A stretch of 64,000 nucleotides of DNA, from contig CM075996.1 in assembly GCA_038087875.1 (NCBI GenBank), forward strand, positions 1,490,001 through 1,554,000, given 5' to 3'. Within the stretch, counting starts at the first letter, position 1; the number at the start of each line of letters is the position of its first letter. The notes under the pieces were generated by a model, which made no database searches, was not told the DNA's origin, and saw nothing but the letters and a program-made list of their open reading frames with translations. Below are positions 11,566 to 23,733 of this stretch, in pieces. The stretch comes from Malacoraja senta. Taxonomy: Eukaryota. The position numbers and the translations under genes are program-made.

Positions 11566-12655
11566 CATATCAATTTGCCTGTCCAGAAACCTCTTAAACA
11601 CGACTATCGTATCTGCCTCCACCACCACCCCTGGCAGTGCGTTCCAGGCACCCACCACCCTCTGTGTAAAAACACTTCCCTGCACATCTTTAATCTTTGC
11701 CCCTCTCACCTTAACGTTACGCCCTCTAGTCTTTGACGTTTCCACCCTGGGAACACAGTACTGACTGTCTACCCTGTCTACGCCCTTTGTGATGGGTGGA
11801 TTACGTGACAAAGGCTGCAGGAGGAAAGGAAACAAGAAGGTGTCAGATAAGGAATGAGGATGAAATATAAAGCGATGGGGAGGAACAATAGACGATAGGT
11901 GCAGGAGTAGGCCATTCGGCCCTTCGAGCCAGCACCACCATTCAATGTGATCATGGCTGATCATCCCCAATCAGTACCCCGTTCCTGCCTTCTCCCCATA
12001 TCCCCTGACTGCTATTTTTAAGGGCCCTATCTAGCTCTCTCTTGAAAACATCCAGAGAACCTGCCTCCACCGCCCTCTGAGGCAGAGAATTCCACAGACT
12101 CACCACTCTGTGAGAAAATTTCCCCGCACATTAATATGAGTGGAAGGGGATAGGAGGGAGTGGGGTGATGAAAGAGATGGGCAACTGAGGGAGGGATGGA
12201 TGAGGAGAGAGATGAATATACAGCGGAGGGGCAAGTAGCTCTGTGACTGGGGTGGTGAGAGATGGGAGTCGGGGGATATTACTTGAAACTGGAGAATTTG
12301 CAATTCATACCTTGGGTTGTAGACTATCCACATGGGCTTGAAGTGCTTTGAGCGGTTATCTGAAAGTGAAAGACAGAAACATTTCAGGAAACCATCCTCT
12401 CTTGAAAGTTTCCCACTGAAATTCAGGGGTTGATGAAATCATTCAAGGGCTTGCAGCTGATTTTCATTCCTTTAGAACAACTGAAGAAGAGTCTCGACCC
12501 GAAACGTCACCTATCCATGTTCCCCAGAGATGCTGGCTGACCCGCTGAGTTACTCCAGCACTTTGTGTCGGTTTGTGCATTCACCAGCATCTGCAGTTCT
12601 TTGTTCCTGCATCAAACAATCTGTGCTGCTTCTTTGAACCTAATTATAATTTAGT

Positions 12656-12970
12656 TAAATTTAGTTTAGAGATACAGCGCGGAAACAGGCCCTTCGGCCC
12701 ACCGAGTCCGCGACGACCAACGATCCCCGCACATTAACATTATCCTACACACACTAGGGACAATTTATATTTATACCAAGTCAATTAACCTGCAAACCTT
12801 TGTTTTTGGACGTCTTTGGAGTGTGGGAGGAAGCCAAAGATCTCGGAGAAAACCCACGCAGGTCACGGGGAGAACGTACCCAAAACTCCATAGAGACAGC
12901 ACCTGTAGTCGGGATCTAACCCGGTCTCTGGCGCTGCAAGGCAGCAACTCTACCCGCTGCGCCACCATGC
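12656..12970 (-). mobile_element. V-SINE (HE1-like), full length
   Basis: Reverse complement of the 27078 family, with (tttag)n tail. Confidence 0.8.
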
Positions 12971-13666
12971 CGCTCTTAATCTGGAGGCGTGTGTTTTCAC
13001 ACTTCTGTACCTCTTGCCCGATGGGAGAGGGGAGAAGAGGGAGTGATTCCTTCTCGAACAACATATCAATTTGCCTGTCCAGAAACCTCTTAAACGCCAC
13101 TATTGTATCTGCCTCCACATCCAACATGATTAAAGATTTGAGGAAGGGTCTCAACCTGAAAAGTCACCTATCCATGTTTAGCATCTGTATTGTCTGGAAG
13201 AGAGAACCTTTGGTAACACCACACTAAACCCAAAAGAAGGTTCGATTTCTGTGAACATTTTAAAGGATTTATCACACCCTATTCTATTACTGTAAATGTG
13301 GGGGCGCCTGCCCTTATGAAACCACTCAGAAATATCTTGAAAGGCTTGTTCCTTCCTTCCATCTATCAAAGTCGAAGAACCTTCTATTGGCAGACAATGC
13401 ATAGCTCGCAGGTTGGCTTTATTTAGTTTAGTTTAGTTTATTCTCACATGTACCTTGCTATTCATTCAGTGGAAAGATCATACATGATTACAGTGGGGAA
13501 AAGTAATGTCTTCCTTCACCTGTGGTACCTCCATCAGTGCGGTACCTTGATCAATTGTAATCATGTATTGTCTTTCTGCTGACTGGCTACACAACAAAAG
13601 CTTTTCACTGTAGCTCGGTACACGTGACAATAAACTAAACTGAAATTGATCGAACTGACCTCCAAC

Positions 13667-13980
13667 ACTGTGGTACCTCCATCACCTGTGGTACCTCCAT
13701 CACCTGTGGTACCTCCATCACCTGTGGTACCTCCATCACCTGTGGTACCTCCATCACCCGTGGTACCTCCATCACCCGTGGTACCTCCATCACCTGTGGT
13801 ACCTCCATCACCTGTGTACCTCCATCACCTGTGGTACCTCCATCACCTGTGGTACCTCCATCACCTGTGGTACCTCCATCACCTGTGGTACCTCCATCAC
13901 CTGTGGTACCTCCATCACCTGTGGTACCTCCATCACCTGTGGTACCTCCATCACCTGCGGTACCTCCATCACCGCGGTAC
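13667..13980. repeat. 18-bp minisatellite (ctgtggtacctccatcac)n
   Basis: About 17 near-perfect copies; explains the low-complexity ORFs at 13635-13996. Confidence 0.95.
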
Positions 13981-14184
13981 ACAAGTTCATAAGTGATAGG
14001 AGTAAAATTAGACCATTCGGCCCATCAAGTACACACTGCCATTCAGAAATGATGGCTTATCTATCTCTCCCTCCTAACCCCATTCTCCTGCCTTCTCCCC
14101 ATAACCCCTAACACCTACTAACCTCCATCATCTCTGGTACCATTTTTGTGGTCCCTCCATCTTTGTGGTCCATTACTGCGGTCC

Positions 14185-15230
14185 CACCAGTCTCAAATTG
14201 GATCCTCGACTTCCTCATTCACAGACCACAGTGTCCGTATTGGTGGAAATGTGTCAGCCTCGATAACAATCAGCACGGGAGCACCTCAAGGCTGTGTGCT
14301 CAGCCCCCTGCTGTACTCACTCTATACTCATGATTGCGTAGCCAGTCATAGTGCGAACTCCATCATCAAGTTCGCAGACGACACCACTGTTGTGGAACGT
14401 ATCACTGATGGAGTTGAGTCAGAGTATAGAAGTGAAATCAACCGTTTGACCAAATGGTGCCAGCACAATAACCTGGCCCTCAACACCAGCAAAACCAAGG
14501 AACTAATTGTGGACTTCGGAAGGGGTAGGATGGGGACCCATAGTCCCGTTTATATCAATGGGTCGATGGTGGAGAGGGTCAAGAGCTTCAAATTCCTGGG
14601 CGTGCACATCTCTGATGATCTCTCCTGGTCCGAGAACACGGATGCAATTATAAAGAAAGCACATCTGCGCCTCTACTTCCTGAGAAGATTACGGAGAGTC
14701 GGCATGTCAAGGAGGACTCTCTCGAACTTCTACAGGTGCACAGTAGAGAGCATGCTGACCAGTTGCATCGCGGCTTGGTTCGGCAACTTGAGTGTCCAGG
14801 AGAGGAAAAGACTACAAAAAGTTGTAAACACTGCCCAGTCCATCACCGGCTCTGACCTCCCTTCCATTGAGGGGATCTATCGCAGTCGCTGCCTCAAAAA
14901 GGCTACCGACATCATCAAGGACCCACACCATCCTGGCCACTCACTCATCTCCCCGCTGCCCTCAGGTAGAAGGTACAGGAGCCCGAAATCTGCAACATCC
15001 AGGTTCAGGAACAGCTGCTTCCCCACAGCCATCAGGCTGTTAAACTCAACTTCAAACAAAACTCTGAACATTAATAGCCCATTGCACTTTATCTGTTTAT
15101 TTATTTATGTGTGTATATATATATATATATATATTCAATGGTATATGGACACACGGATCTGTATTCATGCCTACTATATTCTGTTGTGCTGATGCAAAGC
15201 AAGAACTTCATTGTCCTATCTGGGACACAA
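14185..15230 (+). mobile_element. Rex1/Babar-type LINE, 5'-truncated RT and C-terminus
   Basis: ORF 14146-15192 has [42 protein letters not shown] and RLYFLRRL motifs; open frame suggests a young copy. Confidence 0.88.
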
Positions 15231-15459
15231 AACCTACACCAAACCCAAACCAATTAGGAGCAGACGAGGGCATTCGATCCAATTTGTGATTCCAGCTACC
15301 AAGACAGATGTGTACAGCAATTAAAGCATGGAATAATCTTCGCACATGTCCCCCGCACAATTAAAGCATGGAATAATCTTCACCCTACCATAGTTACCCA
15401 ACCAGATGCAACTACATTTAAGGTAGCTCTTTCTTCCTAAAAACCCTTTCTGGCTTAAG

Positions 15460-15950
15460 TCTTCCCTCCACCACCTCCAGTTTAAATTCCATTTGGAATA
15501 TTTTGGAGGACCAGGAAACCAAGACCAAGACACAGAGTCAATGCACTGGCTTCAGGTAGTCCTCCCTCCACCACCTCCAGTTTAAATTCCATTTGGAATA
15601 TTTTGGAGGACCAAGAACCAAGACCAAGACAGAGTCAATGCACTGGCTTCAGGTAGTCCTATCTCCACCACCTCTAGTTTAAATTCCATTTGGAATATTT
15701 TGGAGGACCAGGAAACCAAGACCAAGACACAGAGTCAATGCACTGGCTTCAGGTAGTCCTCCCTCCACCACCTCCAGTTTAAATTCCATTTGGAATATTT
15801 TAGAGGACCAAGAGACCAAGACCAAGACCAAGACACAGAGTCAATGTACTGGCTTCAGGTAGTCCTCCCTCCACCACCTCCAGTTTAAATTCCATTTGGA
15901 ATATTTTGGAGGACCAAGAGACCAAGATCAAGACCAAGACCAAGACACAT
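15460..15950. repeat. ~100-bp tandem repeat (about 5 copies) upstream of EMC10
   Basis: Unit cctccctccaccacctccagtttaaattccatttggaatattttggaggacc...(ccaaga)n...gtcaatgcactggcttcaggtagt. Confidence 0.92.
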
Positions 15951-15984
15951 GACAACGAACTCTCTTGAATCTGAGGCAGTCCTC

Positions 15985-16500
15985 CTGAATCCCGGCATGC
16001 CGCTCGCCGTTGGTCCTCCAGTATCCCGTCATGCCTCAGCCCGTGTCCCACAGTGCATTGTGTTGTAGTTCAAGATCGCCCCGCTGTAGTTCTATTGCCG
16101 TTGCCGCCGCTCGCCGTTGGTCCTCCAGTATCCCATCATGCCTCAGCCCGTGTCCCACAGTGCATTGCGTTGTAGTTCCCGATCGCCCCGCTGTAGTTCT
16201 ATTGCCGTTGCCGCCGCTCGTCGTTGGTCCTCCAGTATCCCATCATGCCTCAGCCCGTGTCCCACAGTGCATTGTGTTGTAGTTCCTGGTCGCCCCGCTG
16301 TAGTTCTCCAGCCGTTGCCGTTGCCGCCATGGAGCCGCGCGGCGGGGTGATGGCCAGCGGCCTCCTTCTCCTCAGCGTCTTCGGCGCCGGCCTGTGCAAC
16401 ACCCGGCGGGTGAGTGAGTTAGTGGGGGAGTGAGTTAGTGGGGGCGAGGGGCGGCTGAGGTGGTTCACGTCGCCGCTGTGTAAACGGACAAGGCCCCTGT
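15985..16500 (+). promoter_or_regulatory. EMC10 CpG-island promoter/5' region with three 107-bp tandem units carrying ZNF143(SBS)-like motifs
   Basis: High CpG density; three copies at 107-bp spacing, each with TCCCRTCATGCCTC, TCCCACAGTGCATTG and TGTAGTTC. Confidence 0.6.
16329..16409 (+). CDS. EMC10: EMC10 exon 1 (signal peptide)
   Basis: Perfect Kozak gccgccATGG in a CpG-rich island; MEPRGGVMASGLLLLSVFGAGLCNTRR is signal-peptide-like; gtgagt donor, phase 0. Confidence 0.88.
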
Positions 16501-16825
16501 CCTGTCCCCTGGGCTCTTGTCCTGTCGCTTAGCCCCTGGCCCTGGGCCCCTTGTCCTTGTCCTGTCCTGTCCTGTCCTGTCCCGTCCCCGGGCCCTTGTA
16601 CCGTCCAAATGTTTAAGAAGGAACTGCAGATGCTGGAAAAATCGAAGGTAGACAAAAATGCTGGAGAAACTCAGCGGGTGAGGCAGCATCTATGGAGCGA
16701 ATTAGCACCCGCTGAGTTTCTCCAGCACTTTTGTCTACCCTTGTACAGTCCCCTAGCCCGTGTCCTCTATGGTGTCCCCGGGCCATTGTACTGTCGTCCC
16801 CCGTCTCCAGTCATGTACCCTGTGC

Positions 16826-17037
16826 CAGCCTTGTTCCCAGCCCTTGTTCCCAATCCTTGTTCCCATCCCTGCTCCCAGCCCTTGTTCCCATCCCTGTTCC
16901 CATCCCTGTTCCCATCCCTGTTCCCAGCCCTTGTTCCCAGCCCTTGTTCCCAGCCCTTGTTCCCAGCCCTGTTCCCATCCCTGCTCCCAGCCCTTGTTCC
17001 CAGCCCTGCTCCCAGCCTTGCTCCCATCCTTGTTCCC
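16826..17037. repeat. 12/13-bp minisatellite (cccttgttcccag/ccctgttcccat)n
   Basis: Visible tandem array in EMC10 intron 1. Confidence 0.9.
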
Positions 17038-18899
17038 TAGACTGTCCTCGGCCCCCCTGCCTCTACCACCTGCAATCCGGCACAGGCACCTATATTGTCC
17101 CCCATTCACTGTCCCCCTGCTTCCTGCCCCAACCCCCCTGCATCCACTTGCCCCTCAGCCTGCTGCACCCTGGTCTCTGTCCCCTGCCCCTAACTGAAGC
17201 CCCCCTGGACTCCAGTTTTGCAACCATGACTCCTGACTGCTCCCCTCCTTCCCTCCTGGCTCCGGCCCCTATAATATCCCCTGTATCCCTGGCCCCGGCT
17301 CCTACATTGACTGCTGCCCTAGCCTCAAACCCTGCTCCGCGCAGAGGCCGAGTCACAGGCCCGGCAGCGGTGAAACATCTGTCGCCAGGACGGTGAGGGA
17401 GTCCTCCTTGGCCTTCCTGTGGATCTGACGGGGTCTGATACTGTTCAATAGGTATCTCTGTTGCTGCTCATGCTCTCAGCGTCCTGTACAACCTGTCAAG
17501 TGGAGTTGACTTTTACAGGCTGTGCAAGCCACAAGGGCCCTGAGAGCTTGGGCAAGTCCTTGTCTTTTTCCCACTGCTTTCTCCCAAGTCCCTGTGCACT
17601 ATCAATGAGTAGGAAGCGCTGCACAACCCAGCTGTGGCCAAAGGATATTTGTTACGTGAAGTAGCTCTTACGGATGTGCTTTGTCTGTGTGAAAATTATA
17701 AAAACAAACGCTTGCAGAAGGTTTAGTACGGTGTTAGCTTTTATAATAAGTTGAAACTAAATTGTTGAAGTAATCCTTCAATTATTCACAAAACTGAAAC
17801 CTTCCCTGCTATCCCTGTGCAAAAGTTAATAACCTCGACACTTCCGATTATTTTTAATATAGATCTTTGGATTTTTCATTTAGGATCTTGGTCATTTTGA
17901 GCGAATGATATATCAGTAGTAGACAGGACTGACAGAAGAGGATTTGACTATTTGTTGTAGTCTATGCTTAATTGCTTTAAATACTACATTGGAACAGACA
18001 GGAATTTTGAAACTTTAACATATTAATATGAATATTTTATATACATTATAACATTGCTCTTAAAAATAATATAACATGAGGTCTGGATTTTTACCTCTGA
18101 TAAAATATTATGTTCAAGTTATGGCTATTTAATTAAGTCGAAAATGTCAAGCCTTTGATTGATGCATTCAATTGAGAACTTCCTCATCTTGGGCCAAGGT
18201 TCAAATCCATTAATCCTTGGAGGTATCATCACGGAGCTAGAGGAGATTAAAAATATTGTGTTAATACTCTTGGGACATAAGTGTTGGGTGAGGTTGAATT
18301 GAAGTAAAGGCAGTATGGTGACAGCAGTGAAATTAAATAAATTCCAATGTATGGAAGTTAACGGGTTATACAAATGTTCAGTATGATACAACTGTCCCTG
18401 CATTCTGACACCTAATGTTTGAGAGCACTCTTTAATTTTAGAGAAGAAATGTGAATAACCATGTAGTTGTAGAATTATACAGGCCCTTTGACCCATTATT
18501 TCAATGCTAACCATCAGAAGTTCCAACCTGAAGCATCCCCTCCAGAGATGAAGCATGTCCTCCAGAGATGAAGCATGTCCTCCAGAGATGCTGCCTGAGA
18601 GTGAGGCCCAGCGTAAATTACATGTCACTGCACCTTATGGTGCATGTGACAAATACATTTGAACTTTGAACTTTGCTGGGTTACCCCAGCACTTTGTTTT
18701 TTTTCTGTATGTCTGTATCAAGTACCCATCGACATTAATTCCATTTAGCAGCTCCTGTTTCACAGCTTTGTTAACCTTGGTGATTCAAGTGCTCATCTAA
18801 AAACCTTTTAAATATTATGAGATACAGTATGTGACGATAAATAGGTAGACAGATAGATAAATGTTTATTAATTTTGAAGAATAAGTCCCTTTCTCGTTC

Positions 18900-19430
18900 C
18901 TTTCAGGTTCACTTGCACCTCCTCCAACCTCATCTACTGTATCCGCTGTTTCAGGTGTCAATTCCTGTACATCAGCGAGACCAAGCGCAGGCTCGGCGAT
19001 CGTTTCGCTGAACACCTCCGCTCAGTCTGCCTTAACCTACCTGATCTCCCAGTTGCTCAGCTCTTTAACTCCCCCTCTCATTCCTAATCTGACCTTTCTG
19101 TCCTGGGCCTCCTCCATTGTCAGAGTGAGGCCCAGTGCAAATTGGAGGAACAGCACCTCATATTTTGCTTGGGTAGCTTACACCCCAGCGATATGAACAT
19201 TGACTTCTCTAACTTCAAATAGGCCTTGCTTTCCCTCTCTCTCTATTCCCTCCCCCTTCCCAGTTCTCTCACCAGTCTCTATCTCTGTCCTGCCCACTCC
19301 ACTGACATCAGTCTGAAGAAGGGACTCGACCCGAAAAGTCACCCGTTCCTTCTCTCCAGAGATGCTGCCTGTTCCGCTGAGTTACTCCAGCTTTTTGTGT
19401 CTCCCTTTGATTCAAGTTCTTTCCTACACC
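18900..19430 (+). mobile_element. Penelope-like element 3' fragment
   Basis: Homologous to 11040-11565 (tacatcagcgagaccaagcgcaggctcggcgatcgtttcgctgaacacctcc), with the same terminal module. Confidence 0.85.
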
Positions 19431-21255
19431 TTTCTTATTTCTGTTATGTTCACTATCTACTGAGACACTGACTTGCACCGATAAGGCATCAGGTCCAATG
19501 CAGGTCTGCGCTGAGTTGGACGCAGTTGGTATTATGAGAGTTGGTTAATCTCAGGTCACCACGAAGAGTAGCAGGGTCATCGTGGTTTCTTACTTGTCAA
19601 TGAACACTACTGAGGAGCAGAAGAAGACAAATTGTTGGAGTAACTCAGAGGGCCAGGCAGTGTTTCTGGAGAACATGGATAGGTGACATTTTGGGTCAAG
19701 ACCCTTCAGTTACTGTGGCGCTTTGTGTCGTCTTTTGAAAACCACCTTCTGCAGTTCCTTGTTTCGACGACTGAGGAGCATATTTAAGGACAGATTTCAA
19801 TTGTTGTATTCTGTGTTATCAAATAGCCTTTTAGCTGGTATCTAGTCCTTTACTTGTGCCTAAGTAAAGGTGAGGTATCAGAAGTTAATTAATACCTAGG
19901 GTTATGTAGTGCAACGTTCTGCAAAAGTGGAGAGATAGTCATAGAGTTACACAGCATGGAAACAGGCCCTTCAGCCCAACTTGTGTCTGTTGTCCAGTTG
20001 CCTATCTGAGCTCATCTCATTTGCCTGTATTTGGCTTATATCCTAAGTCTTTTCTGTCCATGTTCAAGATGTGTGTTGGTTTGATCTGAAAGTTTGGAAG
20101 ATGCCCAAATGAGAGTACTAAATCTGTTTCTGGATTCTGAAAGTGTTTTATGGTTTGATATGTAAGATGTCCATTTTCTTAATAGATACTTTATAATTTT
20201 TTTTAATATCTCTGCCAGCAACATTTTCATCCACAAGAACATTTCACTGTACAAGTATTAGAAAATGAACCAGACCAGTTTATTAATTTGCAAGGGCTGG
20301 AATAATTATATTGCCTCGGGACAGCACAGCTTGAATTATTCATTCAGTGAAAGTTCACTTAGATGTTGAAGTTTGGAAGTTAGTGTCTGGGAATATTTTG
20401 TTGTGTGATATAGACAGCATCGTGCTGTGTCAGGCCGACACATAGTTCATCGATCCAGTGCTGAGCATGTGCAATGATGTGTCTTTGTGATTAAGACGGC
20501 AGCGGTGGAGGACGAAGGGTAAAGTTAGCGGCTGTGATCGGTCCACGAGAGGTTGCCTCGCGGGCCCTTGGAAACGCCCAAAGGTTCTGTGATGGGCTCG
20601 GAAAGCGGGACACGACGACCTCGGTGCACGAAGGCAGAGGAGTGGCTGCTGGAGGCGACGGACGGCACGTTTACGGTGGTCGCGGGTGGTGGTGCTGGCA
20701 GAGGCGGCCCTACAGCAGCCGTGTGAGCGAGCGGATCGAGTGCAGCCTGCGGCAGCTGCACGGAGCGGCAGTGGAAGGAGCCGACAGCATCGCGCTATGC
20801 CTGGCCCAACCGTACTTCACTCATCCAGTGCCATCACCACACCGGGGCTTGAAATGAGAAAATAAGAAATTGCAGATCTCCTTGGGCCAAGATTGGACGT
20901 TTCAGAATGGAAGATGGAGTTGGATGAAGCCAACTCTCTGTGTGCTGTTCCAGAAGAGGTCTGTTGTACTCGTGTATAGTATGATTTGACCGGGTAGCAT
21001 GCAGAACAAGCATCTGTACAACAAAATTATTGGGTGCCGAGAAACACTACCAAATCTGTTCTGACAGCCAGTTTAACCTCAGCCTCACAAGATGATAAGA
21101 AAACAAAACCAACATTCTCAAGGACTAAATACTAGAAGAGCTTACACATGTAGATGGACACAAAAAGCTGGAATAACCCAGCGGGACAGTCAGCATCTCT
21201 GGAGAAGAAGGAATGGGTGACATATCGGGTAGAGACCCTTCTTCTGCACTATATT

Positions 21256-23733
21256 GGGCAATTCCATAATTTCGGACGTACATTTCAGACACTTAAATGA
21301 GTTGCCAATGGAAAAATAATTACAAACAAGGAATTTTTATTTGACCAATACGTGACATCTACTGAGTAGAAAACAATTACAGATATAAATATAGTACAAA
21401 CACCATAATGACCTTGTACTAATTTAAAAACACCATGTGGTCGGATGTACACAGAAAAGTGCGTTTTTCTGACATTGGAAATTCAAGTGAAAATCTCTGA
21501 AGTGTACTGGCTTTTTCCTCAAAAATCACATAACCATTTCAGTTAGATGTCAAATGATGAGAAATGGCAAGAATAATGTGTCATCTCTACTTTCAAGTAA
21601 TGAATAATTAAGTTTTTTCTTTGTGTCGGACGTACAATGTCGGACGTACAGTACTGTTGTGTCGGACGTACATGTGTGCATGTCTATTTGTTGCAGACAT
21701 TTGTTGGTAATTAAGCCCTTATTACATCACTAACTACTTGACTTTGTCTTACATGACAAATGAAACACACCATGGGTAACATTACTTATTGATAATATTA
21801 ATGACATTTATAAAGCACTTAATACAATACCTTATGTTTCTAAGCGCTGTGAACAACAACCAAATATTACAAATATCACAAAACTCAGCAAAACGATATC
21901 AAACTTAAACAAAAGAAACCTCATCAAACACAAAACAAAGAAAATAACTATTAACCATATACTTGACAACACTTCAACATTAAAATGGGTTTAATGTATT
22001 TGACAAATAGATTTTCATGTACAGTCTGCATTGGGATCATGTTATTAGATCTGTAACATCTTTTCCCATCAGATTTATTAAATTGAAAATAAAGCTGCTC
22101 ATAAATTTGAGATCTGGTATATAATTCTGTGTATTGGAGTACAATTTGAATGCTGTTAATGCAACTGTAAAAGTAACATTTAATCCAACAACTTGAGCAT
22201 ACTTACTGAATTGTCATGCCTTCAAACAATGGCAGAACATTCTCGCAAATTGATTCTTTCATTCCTCTCACACATTGCACAAGTGAATATTGTTTATATT
22301 TTAATGACTCAGAATTAGAAACAAAAACACTAAGGAACATGTGAAAAGATTATAACCAAGGTATTTTAATACTTTTTTTAGCTATCCTGTACATGCATGG
22401 TCACACAGAAAGGGGTGGAGGATCTTAGGGAAAAGGGCGTAGAAAGTAAAAATGTACTGTTCCCTGCTGCCAGCGACCACTGGTGGAGATATTTTTTTGA
22501 TAACATCTTTCCTGAAATAGAAAATTTGATCTGGGTGTTGTGGCCATCTCCAGTGCCCACCTGCTTGATTATTAACATTGACCTTGAGATCAGTGTTATT
22601 GGGACCAAATTCATTGACTTCACCAGGGAAAGTGTCCCCTTGATAGGCAACCAGCACCCTGTCCCCAATTTGTATTTGTAATTCATCACTTTCATCATCA
22701 GATGATTCATTCATGCTGTCAAGGGACTCATTGAGATCCTCAACCTCTCTGATGCGAACATGCCGGTCGGTACTCGCTACTGTTGGACACGTCACTGACA
22801 AACAAGTGATGTTGTCCAACTGGTACCACACTATGAATTTTGTGCGTGTTTGGTATAGGTATTGTGGTTTGCCAGAATGCCTCCAAATTCTCTCTCTTCT
22901 CTGCAATCGCTTCTTTGGAAATAAACATGATCTCAATGGTAGGGTTTCTGTGAACTGCAACTTCATAGGAAGTAATTGGCGTTGATGCCGTTCCTTTCCC
23001 ACTACGGCTTCACACTATTGAAATTATGATCTTAGTAAACTTGTGTTGGAAACAAAGTTTTATTAATTATAGTGCTACACACTTATAATGATGCAGAGAC
23101 ATTGTGCTGTAATTACAAGGCCTTAAGGCATATTAATATGGCAGAAACTTATTCATTGTAAATGCCGTGTCGGACGTACATGAATATATGATGTCGGACT
23201 TACAAAAAAAAGTGTACGTCCGACCACACATTTTTTCCTTAATTAGAGATAATTAAATAAATCTAATGTACAGTCTTTGCAGAGGATCTAAAACTTGCTT
23301 TGCATTGAGATCGTGCAGTTAATTGGGTTCTTTGTCTTTTTGTAAAATTAAAAAATCACGTTTTTTTGTGTCGGACGTACATGACCAAAGTACATATAAT
23401 ATTATATGTAATAAATCATAACTTTTAAAAGTTTCACATTTTCTAATGTATGATCATGGATACATTGGTTATACTGTTTATATCTATCATAGTGAGTGAC
23501 ATAATTCACTTAATTTTCTTTTAGAAAAAACAAAAAGTTAAATAGTACAATATATTGGCTGTCTTTGAATGCTTCCGTCGGAGCAGTCTGGTGACCTTGA
23601 ACTTGCTCCAGTGTATCTGTAACTTGCATATTTTGATAGTTCACATCTTTACCTTTAAAATGATATAACATTTGAACCAATTTGATTATTTAGAAAATAT
23701 GGCCTACTGGTTGCCATATTTATGGAACTGCCC
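21256..23733 (-). mobile_element. Internally deleted TIR DNA transposon (Sola-like, tentative) with transposase C-terminal remnant
   Basis: TIRs GGGCAATTCCATAA and reverse-complement GGGCAGTTCCATAA; nine subterminal TCGGACGTACA-type motifs; frameshifted ORF remnant 22382-23002 (-). Confidence 0.65.

Noticed and set aside
13635..13996. Low-complexity ORFs (GDGGTT, VVPPSP, QVMEVP repeats)
   Set aside because: They are translations of an 18-bp minisatellite that is open in several frames; no splice or coding evidence.
14146..15192. 348-aa reverse transcriptase ORF as a host gene or novel RT system
   Set aside because: It is an ordinary 5'-truncated Rex1/Babar LINE; the ORF start lies in flanking sequence and the N-terminal RT motifs are missing.
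16609..17396. Several long Pro/Gly-rich ORFs up to 221 aa
   Set aside because: They arise from a C-rich minisatellite and a Penelope-derived insert in EMC10 intron 1.
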